DNA of 48,168 nucleotides from Psammoneis japonica. Its lineage: Eukaryota. The notes under the pieces were generated by a model. It searched no databases. It was not told the origin of the DNA and saw nothing but the letters and a program-made list of their open reading frames with translations. Each line of letters begins with the position of its first letter. Positions within the stretch are counted from its first letter, which is position 1. The stretch covers positions 1-48,168 of the forward strand of contig QPGO01000035.1 of NCBI GenBank assembly GCA_008632985.1, written 5' to 3'. Shown here one piece after another: positions 45,093-48,168 of the stretch. The position numbers and the translations under genes were made by a program.

Positions 45093-48000
45093 ATGTCCAT
45101 GGATCCTGACACCGTCAAGATGTTTGCTGAGGCCTTCGCCAAGATGCAAACCTCGACCAACCCTCCTACGATCCCCACGCCGCTTCGCGGCGGTGTCCAC
45201 CACTCTCATGGAGTGCATCTGGGTGGCTCGGCTCTGAACAACAAGTGCGAGCAGACCGACACCTGCACCTGCCGTTTTGCCTCGCAACGTCGCCATCCGA
45301 AAGCTGTCGACTCTGTCGAGCGATCTCTCAGAGATCAACTCGCTTCGGCAACCACATCCAAGTTCAACGGCCAGATTGAGTTGTCCAACGGTTCCAGTGC
45401 TGAACTGGACAAAGACCACTTCGTCAAGACCATTCAGGACTCAATCGAGTCACACGGACAAGAAACTTTCTACCATCTCAAGAAAGTCGACGGCAAGGTC
45501 GTGTGCCTTTTTGATCACCTTCACGCCTTCACTGTCAAAGACCTTGAGAAGGAATGTGAGACCCGTGTGGTGGCTACAGGTGACGAAGGCTATGATCAGT
45601 GTGAAATCGATGACATCGGCTTGTCACAACTCATCGTCAAGTCGCGCATCACCGAAACCTTCCGTGAAAAGATTGAAACCAAGTTTAATCACTTGAAGAA
45701 CTGCAAGGATCTTCCGGGGTCTGTCTCATTTATGATGGCTCTGGATGCCTGCAACGCCAGTGCTCTGGTTGACGTCAAGGCCGCCAAGGAAAAGTTGAAC
45801 GACTTAACTCTGGATGACTGCCCTGGCGAGGACTGCACCGAGCTTGCAACCGAAGCTCTGCGCCTGCTCAAGATCATGCAGACGGACCATGCGTCACCAG
45901 TTGAAACTGGGTCTGCTGTTTTATCTAAGGTGTCAAAGACATCCTCCGAGTTTTTCAATCGTCAAGTTTTTGCCAAGCTCGACTCCGTCAAGTGCTTGGA
46001 GCGCAAATGTCGCTTGCGTGACCCGGCAGAAGCCCCCAAGGATGCTGACTGTGCGGATCTTGGACCTGTTGGCCTCATTGGCTGGATCACCAAGACCCAT
46101 GGCGAACTCATTAGCGATGAAGATTGGCCTGCCTTAGCAGCCAAGCTCCCGGAATCCAACCTCGCCAAGGACAACTCGGAAAAGCATTGCTGCGGCTGTG
46201 GCAAGGTTGGGTGCACCAAACGCACGTGTCCCACCTGCAAGGAGCAATGCAAGAAGGACAAAAAGGGCATGGCGGACAAGTCCAAGGATGACCCTCCGGC
46301 TGTCTGGAAGACTAACCCTTCCAAGAAACCACCCAAGCCGGCCTGGCGTTTCGTTCACAAAGGTGCCACTGTCACCGACGAGAAAGGCACGACCTGGCAC
46401 TGGTGCGACAAGTGTGTGAACAAGGAAACGGGCAAGAAGGGCATGTGTCAAGGCCACTCCTCCGCTCAACACACCGGGAAACCGTCTGTCAACACCGAAA
46501 CCACCGCTGCGGCAAATTTATCTGCTGTGTCGGACCCCTCTTCGGGCATTCCTTTTGGTCCTCCCGAGCAGACGACGTCTCCGCCTACAGACAAACCCTC
46601 TGACCCTAACGAGCTGGTTTATTGCGGCATGTGGTGTGCACCTGTGGACGACTCTTTGAGTTCGACTCCAGTGACTACGACCGTCTCGTTCACTCCTGCT
46701 CCATCGGCCAAGAGGGAGACTACCGTGGCCAAACCCGCTCCCATCTTGGTTGAAACGGTTGACCCCGAAGACGCTGACGATTGCTCCGAGTGCTCCGACG
46801 CTCACTCCTCTTTTGACTCCCTACCGTCAGCTATCGAGCTATTTCCGGCCTGTGCTGTGCACGAGATTCAAAATCCGGACGTGTTTTATGACACGATCGC
46901 AACTCACGTGGAAGGTCTGTCCGACGACGTGTTAGACGATCTCGTTTCCGGGGCAAGCATCCTACCTTTCGAAGACAGCTACGAGCACTTACCTCCAAGC
47001 ACCCAGTATCGCGGTTTCGAATTTTACGATCCCGAACCCCAAGATGTTGATTGCAGCGTCGAGGAGGCAACGCCGAGCTCTCGTCTTGAGCTTTTCTGGA
47101 ACTTCTTGAAGCTCCGAGTTTTCTGGCTGTTTGCTGTGTTCTGGGAAACGGTGCTACACATTTGCTGTGCGCCGATTCCTGTCTCACCTCGTCGTATACG
47201 CCGTAAGGCATTCATCCCAACCATTCACGGTTTCCCCTCTACCTGGATGGTGCTGACTGGAGCTGTCATGGTCTGGGCGTCTGTTTTCAACGGTCAGCTT
47301 CCCACGTATCCATTCTCCAATGTCCCTTCTCGCTTCTCCAAAGCTAGCTCTCAGGTCTACTCGATCATTGAAGAACCAGACGATAAGACAGTGTTAGATC
47401 CGGGCAGTTTGGTGGAATGCAACAAGATCAAGGCGCGACAAGTGCTTACCGAATTTGTGGAGCGCGATCCGGACCATCATCTGAGCAAGAAATTCACGCA
47501 GCTCTGGGAGAACGACGTATGCTCTTCCCCAGGCCGCTGTGTCCCTCCAGCTCTAGAAGACCCCGAGTCCTACTTCGACACCCATGATTCAGAGGAAGCC
47601 CTCGGCCCGCTCCCGACCGAGCCGAGCCACTGCTTTGATGCGGTTGAGGAGCTCTCTCCGGACTATTTTCGTTTCGACGAGCTGTCCACCAAGTTTGGTT
47701 TCGTGGACACCACTCCATGGCAAGACCCTGTGAAGCTTCTCCAGGCAGCTGCTGACGGAACCGAAGCCTGTCCTGCTCATACCTCTGTGCAGGTATTGAC
47801 GGGCCAACGTTCTTTAGCACAACTCGCCGCCGACCCGCAAGCTTTGCTGAGCCTAGCACATGAGCGCCACACCGTCATGTGCGACACTGGCGCATCCTCA
47901 GCCATCACTTACGATGAAAACGACTTTGTCGGACCTCTGACGATCCCTGATGGCCCATTGAAGCTTGGGGGTCTAGCAAATGGCTTGACCATTGCCGGCA

Positions 48001-48168
48001 TTGGACCCGTCTCCTGGGTTTTCCATGACAAGGACGGCTCTGAGCTCGTCGTCAAGACGATGGCGCACCATGCACCTCAGGCCGGACAACGTCTTCTATC
48101 CCCACAACGCCTCTACAGCAAGGAACATGGCGTGACAGGAAAATGTGAGGGAGACGAGGACTCATTTC
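45093..48168 (+). mobile_element. Ty1/copia (CoDi-like) gag-pol ORF, open to the window end (absent from the ORF track)
   Basis: Manual translation from ATG 45093 has no stop: gag (DDCPGED, KVSKTSSEFFN), knuckles CCGCGKVGCTKRTCPTC and WHWCDKC...H, protease VMCDTGASSAIT (Asp codon 47883), GIGPVSW and RLLSPQ. Confidence 0.9.

Overview
Eukaryotic nuclear DNA, most likely from a diatom (inferred from short GT-AG introns, ASAFAP-like plastid presequences, helicase-associated-domain and FkbM gene families, and diatom-type copia/gypsy elements). Ordinary genes (divergent kinesin, PRMT7, two FkbM-type methyltransferases, TPR, DUF389, DUF179, a P/T-rich surface protein) alternate with transposon blocks: hAT relics, two probable DNA-transposon relics, a Ty3/gypsy relic, a young Ty1/copia running off the right end, and an apparently intact Crypton-type tyrosine-recombinase element. 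The main result is a domain-restricted hypermutation that converts TpA to TpG or CpA, the reverse of fungal RIP, alongside ordinary CpG decay. It can be read directly by aligning a segment duplicated inside the window (about 2.0-4.0 kb versus 13.6-15.1 kb). It nearly erases TA from the repeat blocks, turns Tyr into Cys/His and removes TAA/TAG stops, which explains the flood of spurious Cys/His-rich ORFs. All counts are manual and approximate.
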